Assembly (NCBI GenBank): GCA_965279525.1
Contig: CBDIIB010000005.1
Location: 608,001 to 672,000 of the forward strand
Length of the DNA stretch: 64,000 nucleotides
Source: Tagaea sp.
GTDB lineage: Bacteria; Pseudomonadota; Alphaproteobacteria; CACIAM-22H2
Direction of reading: 5' to 3'
Positions within the stretch are counted from its first letter, which is position 1. The number at the start of each line of letters is the position of its first letter. Made by a program: the position numbers and the translations under genes. The notes under the pieces were generated by a model, which had not been told where the DNA came from, searched no databases, and was given only the letters and a program-made list of their open reading frames with translations. Of the stretch, positions 42,007 to 52,414 are shown piece by piece.

Positions 42007-42213
42007 ATGGCCTTGGAAATCGTAAACGGGGTTCCGTGCTTCAACTGCACGGACGTCGAAAATGCGAAAAAATCACCGCCGCAGGACTCGTCGACCCTAT
42101 TTGTGGCCCTTGCCGCAGACAGCGGTCGCGCACCGGGTCCGCAGCCGTTCCAGACTCCCAATGATCCGCTCGCCCTCGGCGACCGTGGCCGGATCTACAA
42201 TTTCGGAGCCTGA
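42007..42213 (+). CDS. Small CxxC protein (68 aa)
   Basis: GGAG RBS; MALEIVNGVPCFNCTDV. Confidence 0.65.
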   Translation: MALEIVNGVPCFNCTDVENAKKSPPQDSSTLFVALAADSGRAPGPQPFQTPNDPLALGDRGRIYNFGA

Positions 42214-42288
42214 GTGACAGCCATACCGGCCGTCGGCTGGCGCGGAATCCGCTTTTCCGACGCGGGGTTTGTGCAATGCTCCCGCGCG

Positions 42289-42846
42289 ATGGATAGCGAT
42301 TCGTGGCCCACCCTGATGGCGCGCGCCCAGCAAGGCGATGCGGCCGCCTACCGGCGGTTCCTGTCGGAATCGGCGGGCTTCCTGCGCATCATCGTGGCGC
42401 GTACTGGGATACCGAGCGACCAGGTCGAGGATGTCGTGCAGGAGACGCTGATCAGCGTCCACGCCATCCGCCATACCTACGACCCGGCCCGGCCGATCAA
42501 GCCGTGGCTTGCGGCCATTGCCCGGCGCCGGGCGATCGACTGGCGCCGCCGGCGCAACTCGGCCCGGGCACACGAAATCGCCCTCGACGAGGTCGGGCAC
42601 GAAACCTTTGCCGACCCGAACGCGAACAGGGACAAGGACAAGGCCGAAGCTTCGGCGGCGGTCCGCCGGTGGCTTGCCGAACTTCCCGCGGGCCAGCGCC
42701 AGGCGGTCGAGCTGCTGAAACTGCGGGAGATGAGCCTCAACGAAGCGGCCGCGGCCTCCGGCCAGTCGGTCGGGGCGCTGAAGGTGGCGACACATCGGGC
42801 AATGATCACGCTGCGCAAACTCTGGAAACGCGACGAACCGGCATGA
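42289..42846 (+). CDS. ECF sigma factor (SigF-like)
   Basis: EDVVQETL, HTYDP.RP..PWL.AIAR, region 4 HTH. Confidence 0.9.
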   Translation: MDSDSWPTLMARAQQGDAAAYRRFLSESAGFLRIIVARTGIPSDQVEDVVQETLISVHAIRHTYDPARPIKPWLAAIARRRAIDWRRRRNSARAHEIALDEVGHETFADPNANRDKDKAEASAAVRRWLAELPAGQRQAVELLKLREMSLNEAAAASGQSVGALKVATHRAMITLRKLWKRDEPA

Positions 42847-43493
42847 ACAAGCGAACGGACAATCTGATCGGCGCGCTGAGCGAAGGGGTCGCCCCCGTCG
42901 CCGCGTTGCCCGCACCCGCGGCCCGCGCGGGGCGCTGGCTTGCTTTTGCCACCGTGCTGATCGGCGTTCTCGTGCTGTGGCACAGCCCGCGCGACGACCT
43001 TGCCGCACGCTTTGCCGAGATTTCGTTCTACGTGCCGTGGGCCGCCTCGGTCGCCGTCGCGATCGCCGCGGCCGTCGCCGCTTTCCACATGACAGTACCT
43101 GGCAGCCCGCGCTGGATCGTGGCCCTGCCCGCCCTGCCGCTGGCGGTGTGGCTGGGCATGCTGGGTACGGGCTGCGTGCGCGAGCTGGCCGACCAGGGGA
43201 CCTCCGTGCTCGGCACCAGCTATGGCTGCCTCCAGTTCATCGGGCTGACGAGCGTGCCGCTGGGAGCGGTCCTCGTTTGGATGCTGCGCCGGGCAGCGCC
43301 GCTGATGCCGGCAGGTACGCTCGCGATGGGCGCCCTTGCCGCCGCGTCGGCGGGCTCGGCCGGGCTCGAGCTTTTCCACCATCTCCAGACGTCGACCATG
43401 GTGCTGATCTGGCATCTCGGCACGGTCATGGCCGTCGCCCTGATCGGCCTTGCGACAGGCCGGCGTGCACTCGCCCTGCCGTCGGTCAACTGA
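42843..43493 (+). CDS. NrsF-family (DUF1109) anti-sigma factor
   Basis: About 6 TM segments with Cys residues and WH motif; ATGA-coupled to the sigma gene. Confidence 0.85.
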   Translation: MNKRTDNLIGALSEGVAPVAALPAPAARAGRWLAFATVLIGVLVLWHSPRDDLAARFAEISFYVPWAASVAVAIAAAVAAFHMTVPGSPRWIVALPALPLAVWLGMLGTGCVRELADQGTSVLGTSYGCLQFIGLTSVPLGAVLVWMLRRAAPLMPAGTLAMGALAAASAGSAGLELFHHLQTSTMVLIWHLGTVMAVALIGLATGRRALALPSVN

Positions 43494-43497
43494 CGGA

Positions 43498-44445
43498 TCA
43501 GCCGTCGGCCAACGCCCGCTTCAGATGTGACGCCGCGTCGGCCAGTGCCGAGCGGGCGACTTTCGCCGTCGCCGACAGATGGCAGAAGCCGTGATTGGCG
43601 CGCGGATATTCCGAATAGACCGTGTCGACGCCGGCGGCGAGCAGCACGTCGCGCATGCGCCGGCTGTCGTCGCGTAGCGGATCGAGGCCCGCCGCCAGCA
43701 GGAACGGCCTGCGCAAGGTCTTGAGATTGGCTTCCGGTGCGCGCGCCGGCGCCACCGAGAAGCTGGCCCGCTGGTTGACGTCCGGGCAGTAGAGATCCCA
43801 GTACATCCCCATGTTGGCGCGCGACAGGCCGAAACGACCGTCGCCGCGCATCAGATACGAGACCGTGTCGAGATTGGCGTCGAGCACGCCATAGAGCGAG
43901 GCGACCGCTTCGGGCACCGGCTTGCCGGCCGACGCGAGCGTCATCGCGGCCGCGACCGCGAGATTGGCACCGGCCGAATCGCCCGCGATCGCGAAACGTC
44001 GGGCGCCGAGCGATGCGGCGTTCGCCTGCAGCCAGTCCCACGCGTCGAGCGTGTCTTCCAGTGCCGCCGGATACGGATGCTCGGGCGCCTTGCGATAGGC
44101 GATACCGAGAACCCGCGCGCCCGACAGGTGGGCGAGCATGCGCGTCAGCCGGTCGTGCGTGGCAAGGCTGCCGATGACCCAGCCGCCGCCGTGCAGGAAC
44201 AGCACGAGACCGTCGCCGGCACCTTCGGGTACATAGAGGCGTGCGGCGAGCTTGCGCGCACCGAACGCGAGTTCAAGCTCGCGTGTCTCGGCCATGACCG
44301 GGCCGCCTTCGTTCCACGGGGCCCGCCGGCGCTCCTGTTCGGCGCGTGCGGCCGCCGGATTTCCGGGAAGATGGCTGGGGGCCGGCCCGAAGCGGCCGAG
44401 GTCGAGTGCTGCCGCCGCCGTGATTTCAGGATCGAGTTCGAGCAT
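43498..44445 (-). CDS. HSL-family alpha/beta hydrolase (esterase)
   Basis: HGGGW, GDSAG, DPL, HGF. Confidence 0.9.
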   Translation of the reverse strand: MLELDPEITAAAALDLGRFGPAPSHLPGNPAAARAEQERRRAPWNEGGPVMAETRELELAFGARKLAARLYVPEGAGDGLVLFLHGGGWVIGSLATHDRLTRMLAHLSGARVLGIAYRKAPEHPYPAALEDTLDAWDWLQANAASLGARRFAIAGDSAGANLAVAAAMTLASAGKPVPEAVASLYGVLDANLDTVSYLMRGDGRFGLSRANMGMYWDLYCPDVNQRASFSVAPARAPEANLKTLRRPFLLAAGLDPLRDDSRRMRDVLLAAGVDTVYSEYPRANHGFCHLSATAKVARSALADAASHLKRALADG

Positions 44446-44451
44446 CTTCGT

Positions 44452-45705
44452 CTACTCCGCTGCCTTGCGTGCCCGGCCTTCCGCCGCGCGATAGAGTTTG
44501 AGCGCTGCCGGCACGCCTTGGTTGGACGCGACCTTCGCACCATTGGCGAGCAGCGCGGATTCGAGGGCCGCCAGCGTGGTCAGCACGCAGTCCTTGCGCG
44601 CGTTGTAACCCATCGTGCCGATGCGCCAGATCTTTCCGTGCAGCGGGCCGAAGCTGGTGCCGATCTCGATACCGAAATCCTGCAGCAGGCCCATGCGCAC
44701 CGCATCGCCTGGCACGCCCTCGGGGATATGCACGCCCACGACGTTCGCCATCTTGTTTTTCCGGTCGCCGAAAAGCCTGAGGCCCATCGCGACAAGACCG
44801 TCGGCCAGCGCCTCACCAGCCAGCCGGTGGCGCGCGATCGCCGCATCGAGGCCCTCGTCGACCAGAATGCGCGCGCATTCGCGCGCCCCGTAGAGCATCG
44901 TCGTCGCCTCGGTGTGGTGGTTGAGACGCTTCTCGCTCCAGTAATCCATGATCATCGCGAGATCGAAATAGTTCGACCGGATGCGCGCGCCCGGCCCGCT
45001 CACGTCGGACGGCGAGGCGATCCCATGCTCGACATGGCGACGTCGGAAGATCGCCGCTTCGGCGCGTGGGCCGATCGTGATGGGGGCCGAACCCGACGGC
45101 CCGGCAAGGCACTTCTGCAGGCCCGACGTGACGATATCGAGCTGCCAGTCGTCGGTGCGCAGGTCGTTGCCGCCCAGCGAGGCCGTCGTGTCGACATAGA
45201 CCAGGGCGTCGTACTTTCGCGCGATCGGGCCGATCTCGGACAGCGGCTGCAGCATCGTCGTCGACGTGTCGCCCTGGCACAGTGCAACCAGTTTCGGCCG
45301 GTGCTGCCGGATCGCCGCCTCGACCTGGGCGGGATCGAAGACGGTCCCCCATTCGGTCTGGATCTCGACGACCTTGGCCTCGCAGCGGCGCGCGATCTCG
45401 GCCAGCAGATGTCCGAACCGGCCGAAGACCGGGACGAGCACCGTATCGCCCGGCTCGATCAGCGAGACGAGTGCCGCCTCGATGCCGCCGCGCGCGGTCG
45501 CGTCGACCAGCAGCGACCAGCGGTTCTTGGTCCGGAAGACCTGCCGGTAGAGCTCCATGGTCTCGCCCATCAGAGCGGTCATCGACGGGTCGAATTGCCC
45601 GACCAGCGGGGTCGACATGGCGCGCAGCACGCGCGGATCGGCGTTGATCGGGCCGGGCCCCATCAGCAGGCGGGCGGGCGGATTTAGGTCGGCGGTCGCA
45701 GGCAT
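44452..45705 (-). CDS. pucG: Class V aminotransferase (ureidoglycine-glyoxylate/PucG-like)
   Basis: RLLMGPGP, GLQKC, SNYFDL, RLNHHTEAT. Confidence 0.85.
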   Translation of the reverse strand: MPATADLNPPARLLMGPGPINADPRVLRAMSTPLVGQFDPSMTALMGETMELYRQVFRTKNRWSLLVDATARGGIEAALVSLIEPGDTVLVPVFGRFGHLLAEIARRCEAKVVEIQTEWGTVFDPAQVEAAIRQHRPKLVALCQGDTSTTMLQPLSEIGPIARKYDALVYVDTTASLGGNDLRTDDWQLDIVTSGLQKCLAGPSGSAPITIGPRAEAAIFRRRHVEHGIASPSDVSGPGARIRSNYFDLAMIMDYWSEKRLNHHTEATTMLYGARECARILVDEGLDAAIARHRLAGEALADGLVAMGLRLFGDRKNKMANVVGVHIPEGVPGDAVRMGLLQDFGIEIGTSFGPLHGKIWRIGTMGYNARKDCVLTTLAALESALLANGAKVASNQGVPAALKLYRAAEGRARKAAE

Positions 45706-45841
45706 CGTCGGCACCCGGGCACGTAAGTTGGATTTCCGAGGGTTTTCCCGCGAAAAAGGCGGCCGCGCAAGGGCCGAGGCCTTTTGCCTGCCGCCGCCGC
45801 CCATGCTAACTGTCGGCCACGCCAACTCGAACGGGAACAGC

Positions 45842-47116
45842 ATGCTCGACCGCAATTTCGTCCTCGCCAATGCCGACGCCGTCGCCGCCAACTGCCGCAA
45901 TCGCGGCGTGGAGGTGGACGTCGCCCGGTTCGTCGAACTGGAGACCGAGCGTCGCCGGACCGACCAGGCCCTGCAGGATGCCCAGCGCGATTCGAACGCC
46001 CTGGCGTCGGCCAAGGACCTGTCGGTCGAGCAGAAGCGCGAGAAGGGCCGCGAGCTGCGCGAACGGCGCGAGAAGCTGAAGGCCGAACTCGACAAGGTGC
46101 AGGAAGAGGCCGACACCCTGCTGCTGCGCCTGCCCAACATGACGCACCCGGAGTCCCCGATCGGGCGCGACGACAAGGACAACAAGGAAATCGACCGCAA
46201 CGGCGTGCCGCATCCGAAGTTCGGGTTCGCCGCGCGCGACCACGTGGCGATCGGCGACCATCTCGGCATCATCGACACCGAGGGCGGCAGCAAGGTCGCC
46301 GGCCCCGGTTTCTATTTCCTGAAGGGCGATGGGGCGCGGCTCGAGTTCGCGTTGCAGAACTTCGTGGTCGAGTTCCTCGCCAGGCGCGGCTACGTGCCGC
46401 ACGTCACGCCCGATCTCGCGCGCGATTCGATCATGCAGGGAACGGGCTTCACGCCGCGCGGCAACGAGACGAACACCTACCGGATCGAGGGCGAGGACCT
46501 GTCGCTGATCGCGACCTCCGAGATCACGCTGTGCGGCCTCTACCAGGACACGATCCTCGACGAGGCCGAGCTGCCGATCCGCATCGCCGGCATCTCCCAC
46601 TGCTTCCGCACAGAGCGCGCGGCCGGCCGCGCCACGCGCGGACTCTACCGCGTGCACCAGTTCACGAAGGTCGAGATGGTCGTCATCGCCACGCCCGAAC
46701 ACTCCGAGGCGATGCACAAGGAGCTTCTCGCCAACGAGCGCGCGATCTTCGATGCGCTCGAGCTGCCCTACCGCGTGCTCGATATCTGCACGGGCGATCT
46801 GGGCGGGGCGGCCTACCGCAAGTACGACCTGGAAGCCTGGATGCCGGGCCGTGGCGATGGCGGCGAGTTCGGCGAGGTGACAAGCACCTCGAACTGCACC
46901 GAGTTCCAGGCGCGCCGGCTCAACATCCGCTTCCGCAAGGGGCCGAAGGAGAAGCCGCTCTACGTCCATACGCTCAACGGCACGGGCATCGCACTCGGCC
47001 GCGCGATGGTCGCCATCCTCGAGAACAACCAGCTCGAAGACGGTAGCGTGCGCCTGCCCAAGGTCCTGCAGCCCTTCATGGGCCAGGACCGCATCGTGCC
47101 GCGCGCGAAGAGCTGA
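45842..47116 (+). CDS. serS: Serine--tRNA ligase (atypical)
   Basis: N-terminal coiled coil, TSE, FR.E..G..TRGLYRVHQF.KVE, EVTSTSNC, HTLNGT. Confidence 0.9.
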   Translation: MLDRNFVLANADAVAANCRNRGVEVDVARFVELETERRRTDQALQDAQRDSNALASAKDLSVEQKREKGRELRERREKLKAELDKVQEEADTLLLRLPNMTHPESPIGRDDKDNKEIDRNGVPHPKFGFAARDHVAIGDHLGIIDTEGGSKVAGPGFYFLKGDGARLEFALQNFVVEFLARRGYVPHVTPDLARDSIMQGTGFTPRGNETNTYRIEGEDLSLIATSEITLCGLYQDTILDEAELPIRIAGISHCFRTERAAGRATRGLYRVHQFTKVEMVVIATPEHSEAMHKELLANERAIFDALELPYRVLDICTGDLGGAAYRKYDLEAWMPGRGDGGEFGEVTSTSNCTEFQARRLNIRFRKGPKEKPLYVHTLNGTGIALGRAMVAILENNQLEDGSVRLPKVLQPFMGQDRIVPRAKS

Positions 47117-47184
47117 CCGGCAGGGACAATTTGCCGCTGCCCGCATTGTCCGGAGATGCCGGCCGGAAGTGCTAGGCTTGGAGC

Positions 47185-48954
47185 ATGGAAGTTCCGATAG
47201 AACCGGGCGTTCTTCAGAACGCCACGCGCCACCTCTTTTTTACCGGCAAGGGCGGGGTCGGAAAGACCGCGCTGTCCTGCGCCTGCGCGATCGCGCTTGC
47301 CGACCGAGGGCGCCGCGTGCTGCTCGTCTCGACCGACCCCGCGTCCAACCTCTCGGAGATGCTCGAGACGGCGCTCGACGATACGCCCCGTGCGGTTCCC
47401 GGCGTGACGGGGCTTTCGGCGATGAACATCGATCCCGAGGCGGCGGCCGAGGACTATCGCCGACGCGTTCTTGCGCCCTATGAAGGACGCGCCAGCGCCG
47501 ACGAGATCGCGCGGATGCGCGAAGAACTGTCCGGCTCCTGCACTGTCGAGATCGCGGCCTTCGATGCGTTCGCGGGCCTGATCGGCGATGCGGACGAGTA
47601 TGCCGAGTTCGACCATATCGTGTTCGACACGGCGCCGACCGGCCACACGCTGCGCCTGCTGAGCTTGCCGCGCAGCTGGTCGGGTTTCCTCGAGCACAAC
47701 GATCGGGGCGCATCGTGTCTCGGACCGCATTCGGGCCTGAAGCTGCGGCAGTCACGATTCGAAGCCGCACTCGCCGGCCTCAGCGACGCTCGCGCGACGA
47801 CCATCGTGCTGGTCGCCCGCCCGGAAGTCTCGGCGCTGCGCGAAGCGGCACGCAGCGCCGACGAGCTGCGCGCACTGGGGCTTGGCAATCAGCGCCTCGT
47901 CGTCAACGCCCGGTTCCGTGCGTCGGTCGCCGGCGATGCGGTCGCAGACGCGCTGGAGAAGAGATCTGACGCGGCCCTAGCCGGAATGCCTGCGGGGATC
48001 GCGAGCTGCCCGCGCGACGAAATCCCGTTGCGTGCGTTCAACATGGTCGGCCTTGCCGCGCTCCGCGGCCTGTTCGACCCGTCCAAGGGACCGGCACCCG
48101 AGCCTGCCGCGAGCGCGCCCGCGAATGCCCTGCCGCGGCTCGCCGAGCTGATCGACAGACTTGCCGAACCGGGCAAGGGCCTTGTCATGGTGATGGGCAA
48201 GGGTGGCGTGGGCAAGACGACAATCGCGGCAGCCATAGCTCTCGCACTCGCCGAACGCGGCCACAAAGTCCATCTCAGTACGACCGATCCCGCAGCCCAT
48301 GTCGCCGATGCGATCGGGAGCGGCGTGGCAGGCCTCTCGGTCGGTCGGATCGATCCAAAGGCGGAGACCGAACGCTATGTCGAGAAGGTCCTGGCAACAC
48401 GCGGCCGCGATCTCGATGCCGACGGACGTGCCCTGCTTCGCGAGGACCTCCGCTCGCCCTGCACCGAGGAAGTTGCCGTCTTCCACGCCTTTTCGCGAGT
48501 CGTCGCGGAGGCCCGCGACGAGTTCGTCGTCCTCGATACGGCGCCTACCGGCCACACGCTTCTCCTGATGGACGCGACTGGCGCCTATCACCGGCAGATG
48601 GTGCAGGGGACTGCCGGTTCGGCCGGCAAGCTGACCACCCCTTTGATGCGCCTGCAGGATGCCGGATACACGCGGGTCCTCCTCGTCACCCTGCCGGAAA
48701 CGACGCCGGTCTCGGAAGCCGCCGGGCTGCAGGAAGACCTGCGACGCGCGCACATCGAGCCGTTCGCTTGGATCGTCAACAACTGCCTTGCCGCGACGGG
48801 AAGCGCCGATCCGCTGCTGCGTGCGCGGATCGACCGGGAACTCGCGCAGATCGCCCGCGTGGCCGACGGACTCGCCACGCGAATGGCGATCGTTCCATGG
48901 GCGGTCGAGCCGCCCGTCGGCCCCGAAAGATTGCGCGTGCTGGCCGAGAGTTGA
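47185..48954 (+). CDS. arsA: Arsenite-activated ATPase
   Basis: Two GKGGVGKT and two DTAPTGHT motifs; Cys motifs CTVE, SCLGP, CTEE. Confidence 0.93.
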   Translation: MEVPIEPGVLQNATRHLFFTGKGGVGKTALSCACAIALADRGRRVLLVSTDPASNLSEMLETALDDTPRAVPGVTGLSAMNIDPEAAAEDYRRRVLAPYEGRASADEIARMREELSGSCTVEIAAFDAFAGLIGDADEYAEFDHIVFDTAPTGHTLRLLSLPRSWSGFLEHNDRGASCLGPHSGLKLRQSRFEAALAGLSDARATTIVLVARPEVSALREAARSADELRALGLGNQRLVVNARFRASVAGDAVADALEKRSDAALAGMPAGIASCPRDEIPLRAFNMVGLAALRGLFDPSKGPAPEPAASAPANALPRLAELIDRLAEPGKGLVMVMGKGGVGKTTIAAAIALALAERGHKVHLSTTDPAAHVADAIGSGVAGLSVGRIDPKAETERYVEKVLATRGRDLDADGRALLREDLRSPCTEEVAVFHAFSRVVAEARDEFVVLDTAPTGHTLLLMDATGAYHRQMVQGTAGSAGKLTTPLMRLQDAGYTRVLLVTLPETTPVSEAAGLQEDLRRAHIEPFAWIVNNCLAATGSADPLLRARIDRELAQIARVADGLATRMAIVPWAVEPPVGPERLRVLAES

Positions 48955-49017
48955 TCGAACTTGGCCTTGCGTCTGCCGGCGGACGGACGACAATGGTGCA
49001 GGATTGAGGGAGTCGGC

Positions 49018-49638
49018 ATGACAGGTTCCGTCAGGAATATCGGACGCCTGCGCGAATTCGTGGTCGCGGTGACCGCCGCGATAGGGCCGCACGGAATCGA
49101 CGAGACGGCGGCGCACGCGAAGCTGGGCCCGCTGCTGCGCGATCTCGTGGCACACGACGACTGGCTGCCGGCCGAATTCGCCGAACCGCATCCGGAGCAT
49201 TACCGGCAATACCTCCTCCACTGCGACCCGGCGGAGCGCTTTTCGGTCGTCAGCTTCGTTTGGGGACCGGGCCAGGCGACGCCGATCCACGACCATACCG
49301 TCTGGGGGCTGATCGGCATCCTGCGCGGTGCCGAACGCTGCCGGTTCTTCGAGCGCGCCGGGGACGGCCATCTCGAGCCGCTGGGCGAGGAACGGCTTGA
49401 AGCCGGACAGATCAGCACGCTCGGGCCGCTGGGCGGCGACATTCACGAAGTCGCCAACGCGCATGCGAATCGCGTTTCGGTCGCGATCCATGTCTATGGC
49501 GGCAATATCGGGGCGGTCGCCCGGCACGTCTACGATCCGGCGACGGGTGCGGCGAAGGACTTCGTGTCCGGCTACGCCTCGCCGCTCGTGCCCAATCTGT
49601 GGGACCGGTCGATGGAAGTCCGCGCCGGCCTCGGCTGA
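49018..49638 (+). CDS. Cysteine/thiol dioxygenase family cupin
   Basis: YRQYLLH, WGPGQ.TPIHDH, IHVYG. Confidence 0.88.
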   Translation: MTGSVRNIGRLREFVVAVTAAIGPHGIDETAAHAKLGPLLRDLVAHDDWLPAEFAEPHPEHYRQYLLHCDPAERFSVVSFVWGPGQATPIHDHTVWGLIGILRGAERCRFFERAGDGHLEPLGEERLEAGQISTLGPLGGDIHEVANAHANRVSVAIHVYGGNIGAVARHVYDPATGAAKDFVSGYASPLVPNLWDRSMEVRAGLG

Positions 49639-49877
49639 GCGCGGCTCGCGGAAAGATGCGAAAGCCCGACGGCGCTCGGCAGGATGCGGACCTTGCCGTC
49701 CGGGCCGACGCGCCTTGCGACAAAGCCGCGCTCGACGGACTCCTCCCACACCGGTAGCCGCGGGCACGAAGTACGCCATGCGGCCATCGTCCCGGCATAG
49801 TCGCGCGGGGCTTCGGCCAGCCACTCGATGAAATCGAGGATCAGCGCCTCGACGGGGTCGGACTGCGTCCCGCTCAC
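49572..49877 (-). CDS. Small hypothetical protein
   Basis: WRTSCPRLPVWE motif; coupled to the TauE gene. Confidence 0.6.
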   Translation of the reverse strand: MSGTQSDPVEALILDFIEWLAEAPRDYAGTMAAWRTSCPRLPVWEESVERGFVARRVGPDGKVRILPSAVGLSHLSASRAQPRPARTSIDRSHRLGTSGEA

Positions 49878-50620
49878 GATCCGAACACCATCAGACGCAG
49901 GCCGTTGAGCACATAGAAGGCGGCGATGGTGTTGATGATGCGGTACGACCAGCGCCGGTAGAACGCGTCGCCCATCCGCTCAAGTGGTCCGCGGGCAAGC
50001 AGGGTGCCGAGTGCGGCGGCCGCGACCGCGCCGACGGCGGTGTACGGGTCGAGTGTGCCGGTCACGTCGACGATGGCCCCGAAATAGAGCAACTTCACGC
50101 CGTGGCTGAAGGTCTGGCAGATCGCCTTGGTGGCGACGATCTTGCGTCGGTCGAGGCCGCCACCGAGGAAGAACGTATCGAGGAACGGGCCGGAGACACC
50201 GGTCGTCAGCATCAGCGCCATGCAGATGGCACCGACCGCCACCGTGTCCTTCCGTCGCGACGGATCGGGCCGCAGGCTCTCGGGAATGAGCTTCAGCGAA
50301 AACGGGATGAGGCCGAGCATCAGCATCGCGAGGGCCGGCGGCGGAACCCAGCGCCAGATCGACCACACGCCGAGGATCGCGAACGCGCCGATCATGTAGA
50401 CGCTGGCGATCCTGAAATCGGCATGGCGGATCCACAAGGCGCCGCGCCAGCCGTTCGAGGCTATCTGCGTGACCGCGTGCAGCGCCATCGCCGCCGGGAC
50501 GGGCAGCATCGACAGCAGCACGCCGATCAGGATCATGCCACCCGCCATGCCGAACAGGCCCGACAGGAACGACGTGGCGACGATCACGGCGCAAACAAAC
50601 GCTATTTCCAGGCCGCTCAT
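49874..50620 (-). CDS. TauE/SafE family transporter
   Basis: SGLFGMAGG; about 8 TM segments. Confidence 0.85.
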   Translation of the reverse strand: MSGLEIAFVCAVIVATSFLSGLFGMAGGMILIGVLLSMLPVPAAMALHAVTQIASNGWRGALWIRHADFRIASVYMIGAFAILGVWSIWRWVPPPALAMLMLGLIPFSLKLIPESLRPDPSRRKDTVAVGAICMALMLTTGVSGPFLDTFFLGGGLDRRKIVATKAICQTFSHGVKLLYFGAIVDVTGTLDPYTAVGAVAAAALGTLLARGPLERMGDAFYRRWSYRIINTIAAFYVLNGLRLMVFGS

Positions 50621-50729
50621 CGTTTCGCCTTCGCTTCCGGCAATTCCCGTCCGTCAATTCTTGCGCCGGTTGCGCGCCGACCGCAAACCGAGATAGCTTT
50701 GCCTTACCGATAGATTAACTGAGGGTACG

Positions 50730-51638
50730 ATGCGCCGGCTCCCCTTCCTCAACGGCGTGCGCGCGTTCGAGGCGGCCGCCCGTCTGGGCGGCTTCGCGGC
50801 AGCGGCGACCGAACTGGGCGTCACGGCAGCGGCCGTCAGCCGGCTCGTGCGGCTTCTCGAACTGCGCATGGGCGTGACGCTGTTCGAACGCTCGGCAAAC
50901 CGGCTGGCGCTGTCGTCGGCCGGGCGCACCTATCGCGACGGGCTTGGTCCGATCCTCGACCGCCTTGCCGATCTGACCGCACAGGTCGCGGCACGCGGCG
51001 ACACGCGCACGCTGACCGTCGGCGTCGGCTCGACATTCGCGATCCGCTGGCTGATCCCGCGGCTTGCGAACTTCCGCAAGATCGCGCCGGACATCGAGGT
51101 GCGGCTGGCGACCGGCGGCTTCACGGTGCCGTACCGCGACGACTGGACCTGCGGCATCAGCCTTGGAACGGGCGAGCGCACCGGCTTCGTCGCCGAGAAG
51201 CTGTTCGACGCGGACCTGCTGCCGGTCTGCGCGAAGAGCTTCTCGCCGCGACCGCGCACGCCCGCCGATCTTTCGCCCAAGACCCTGCTGCGCATCGCGC
51301 AGGCGCCCGAGGACTGGCCGCACTGGCTGGAAGCGGCCGGCGCACCGCGCGTGCGCGCCACCGGGCCGATGTTCGACAATTACGGGCTGGCGATCCAGGC
51401 GGCGTGCGACGGCGTGGGCATCGCAGTCGGCATCCGGCCTTATGTGGACGACGAGATCCGGGCCGGGCGGCTGGTCGCTCCGTTCCCGCTGACCGTGCCG
51501 ATGGGGCGCAGCTGGTATCTCTATTATCCGCCGGGGCGCGAGCGAGAGGCGTCGTTCGCGACGTTCGCCCAGTGGCTGATCGAGGCGGCCAAGGGATCGG
51601 CCGGACAGCACCGGCACAAACGCCGTACGCGGCGCTAG
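50730..51638 (+). CDS. LysR-family regulator (GcvA-like)
   Basis: [22 protein letters not shown]; WLIPRL. Confidence 0.92.
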   Translation: MRRLPFLNGVRAFEAAARLGGFAAAATELGVTAAAVSRLVRLLELRMGVTLFERSANRLALSSAGRTYRDGLGPILDRLADLTAQVAARGDTRTLTVGVGSTFAIRWLIPRLANFRKIAPDIEVRLATGGFTVPYRDDWTCGISLGTGERTGFVAEKLFDADLLPVCAKSFSPRPRTPADLSPKTLLRIAQAPEDWPHWLEAAGAPRVRATGPMFDNYGLAIQAACDGVGIAVGIRPYVDDEIRAGRLVAPFPLTVPMGRSWYLYYPPGREREASFATFAQWLIEAAKGSAGQHRHKRRTRR

Positions 51639-52405
51639 CGGGCGAGATAGGCCCTCGCCCACCCGAGCCCGGCCGACGTGTCGCCGCGTGGCCGGTATTC
51701 GCACCCGATCCAGCCCGCATAGCCGAGCCGGTCGAGCAGGTCGAACAGATAGGGATAGTTGAGTTCGCCCTCGTCCGGCTCATGCCGGTCGGGAACGCCC
51801 GCGATCTGCATGTGCGACACGCCCGGCAGGAAGTTCTCGATCTTGCGCGCGACGTCGCCTTCGACGATCTGGCAATGGTAGAGATCCATCTGCACGCCGA
51901 GATTGACCGCCCCTACGGCTTTGCAGATCGAGTGTGCTTCGTCCTGCCGGTTGAGGAAGTAGCCCGGGATGTCCCGCGTGTTGATCGGCTCGATCGTCAG
52001 CGCCCGGCGGCGATCGGAAGCGAGGACGGCTGCTTTGCGCAGATTGGCCATGTAGGTGGCGAAGTCGGCTCCGTCCCCGACCCGGCCGGCCATCGCATGG
52101 ACACGCGGACAGTCTAGGATCTCGGCATAGTCGAGGGCCCGCGCGAGAGCGGTCTCGAAATCCTTCTCGCGCCCGGCAAGGGCGGCAAGCCCCCGTTCGC
52201 CGCGCGCCCAGTCGCCCGGCGGCAGGTTGAACAGCACGATACGCACGCCGGCCTTTCGCGCGGCGACGGCCACTGTTTCGGCGGCGAACTCGTAGGGAAA
52301 GAGGAATTCCACACCGTGGAAGCCGTCGGCCGCGGCGGCGGCGAACCGGTCGAGGAACGGCCGGTCCTGGTAGAGGAACGAGAGGTTTGCGGCGAATTTC
52401 GGCAT
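51635..52405 (-). CDS. Hydroxypyruvate/2-oxo-tetronate isomerase family
   Basis: FAANLS, EPIN, DLYH, RHEP, GCEY. Confidence 0.88.
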   Translation of the reverse strand: MPKFAANLSFLYQDRPFLDRFAAAAADGFHGVEFLFPYEFAAETVAVAARKAGVRIVLFNLPPGDWARGERGLAALAGREKDFETALARALDYAEILDCPRVHAMAGRVGDGADFATYMANLRKAAVLASDRRRALTIEPINTRDIPGYFLNRQDEAHSICKAVGAVNLGVQMDLYHCQIVEGDVARKIENFLPGVSHMQIAGVPDRHEPDEGELNYPYLFDLLDRLGYAGWIGCEYRPRGDTSAGLGWARAYLAR

Positions 52406-52414
52406 CGCCGATTT

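Noticed and set aside
45842-47116. Functional link between the atypical SerRS and the odd tRNAs
   Set aside because: They lie 35 kb apart, and the tRNAs have A73/Leu features rather than the G73 of tRNA-Ser.
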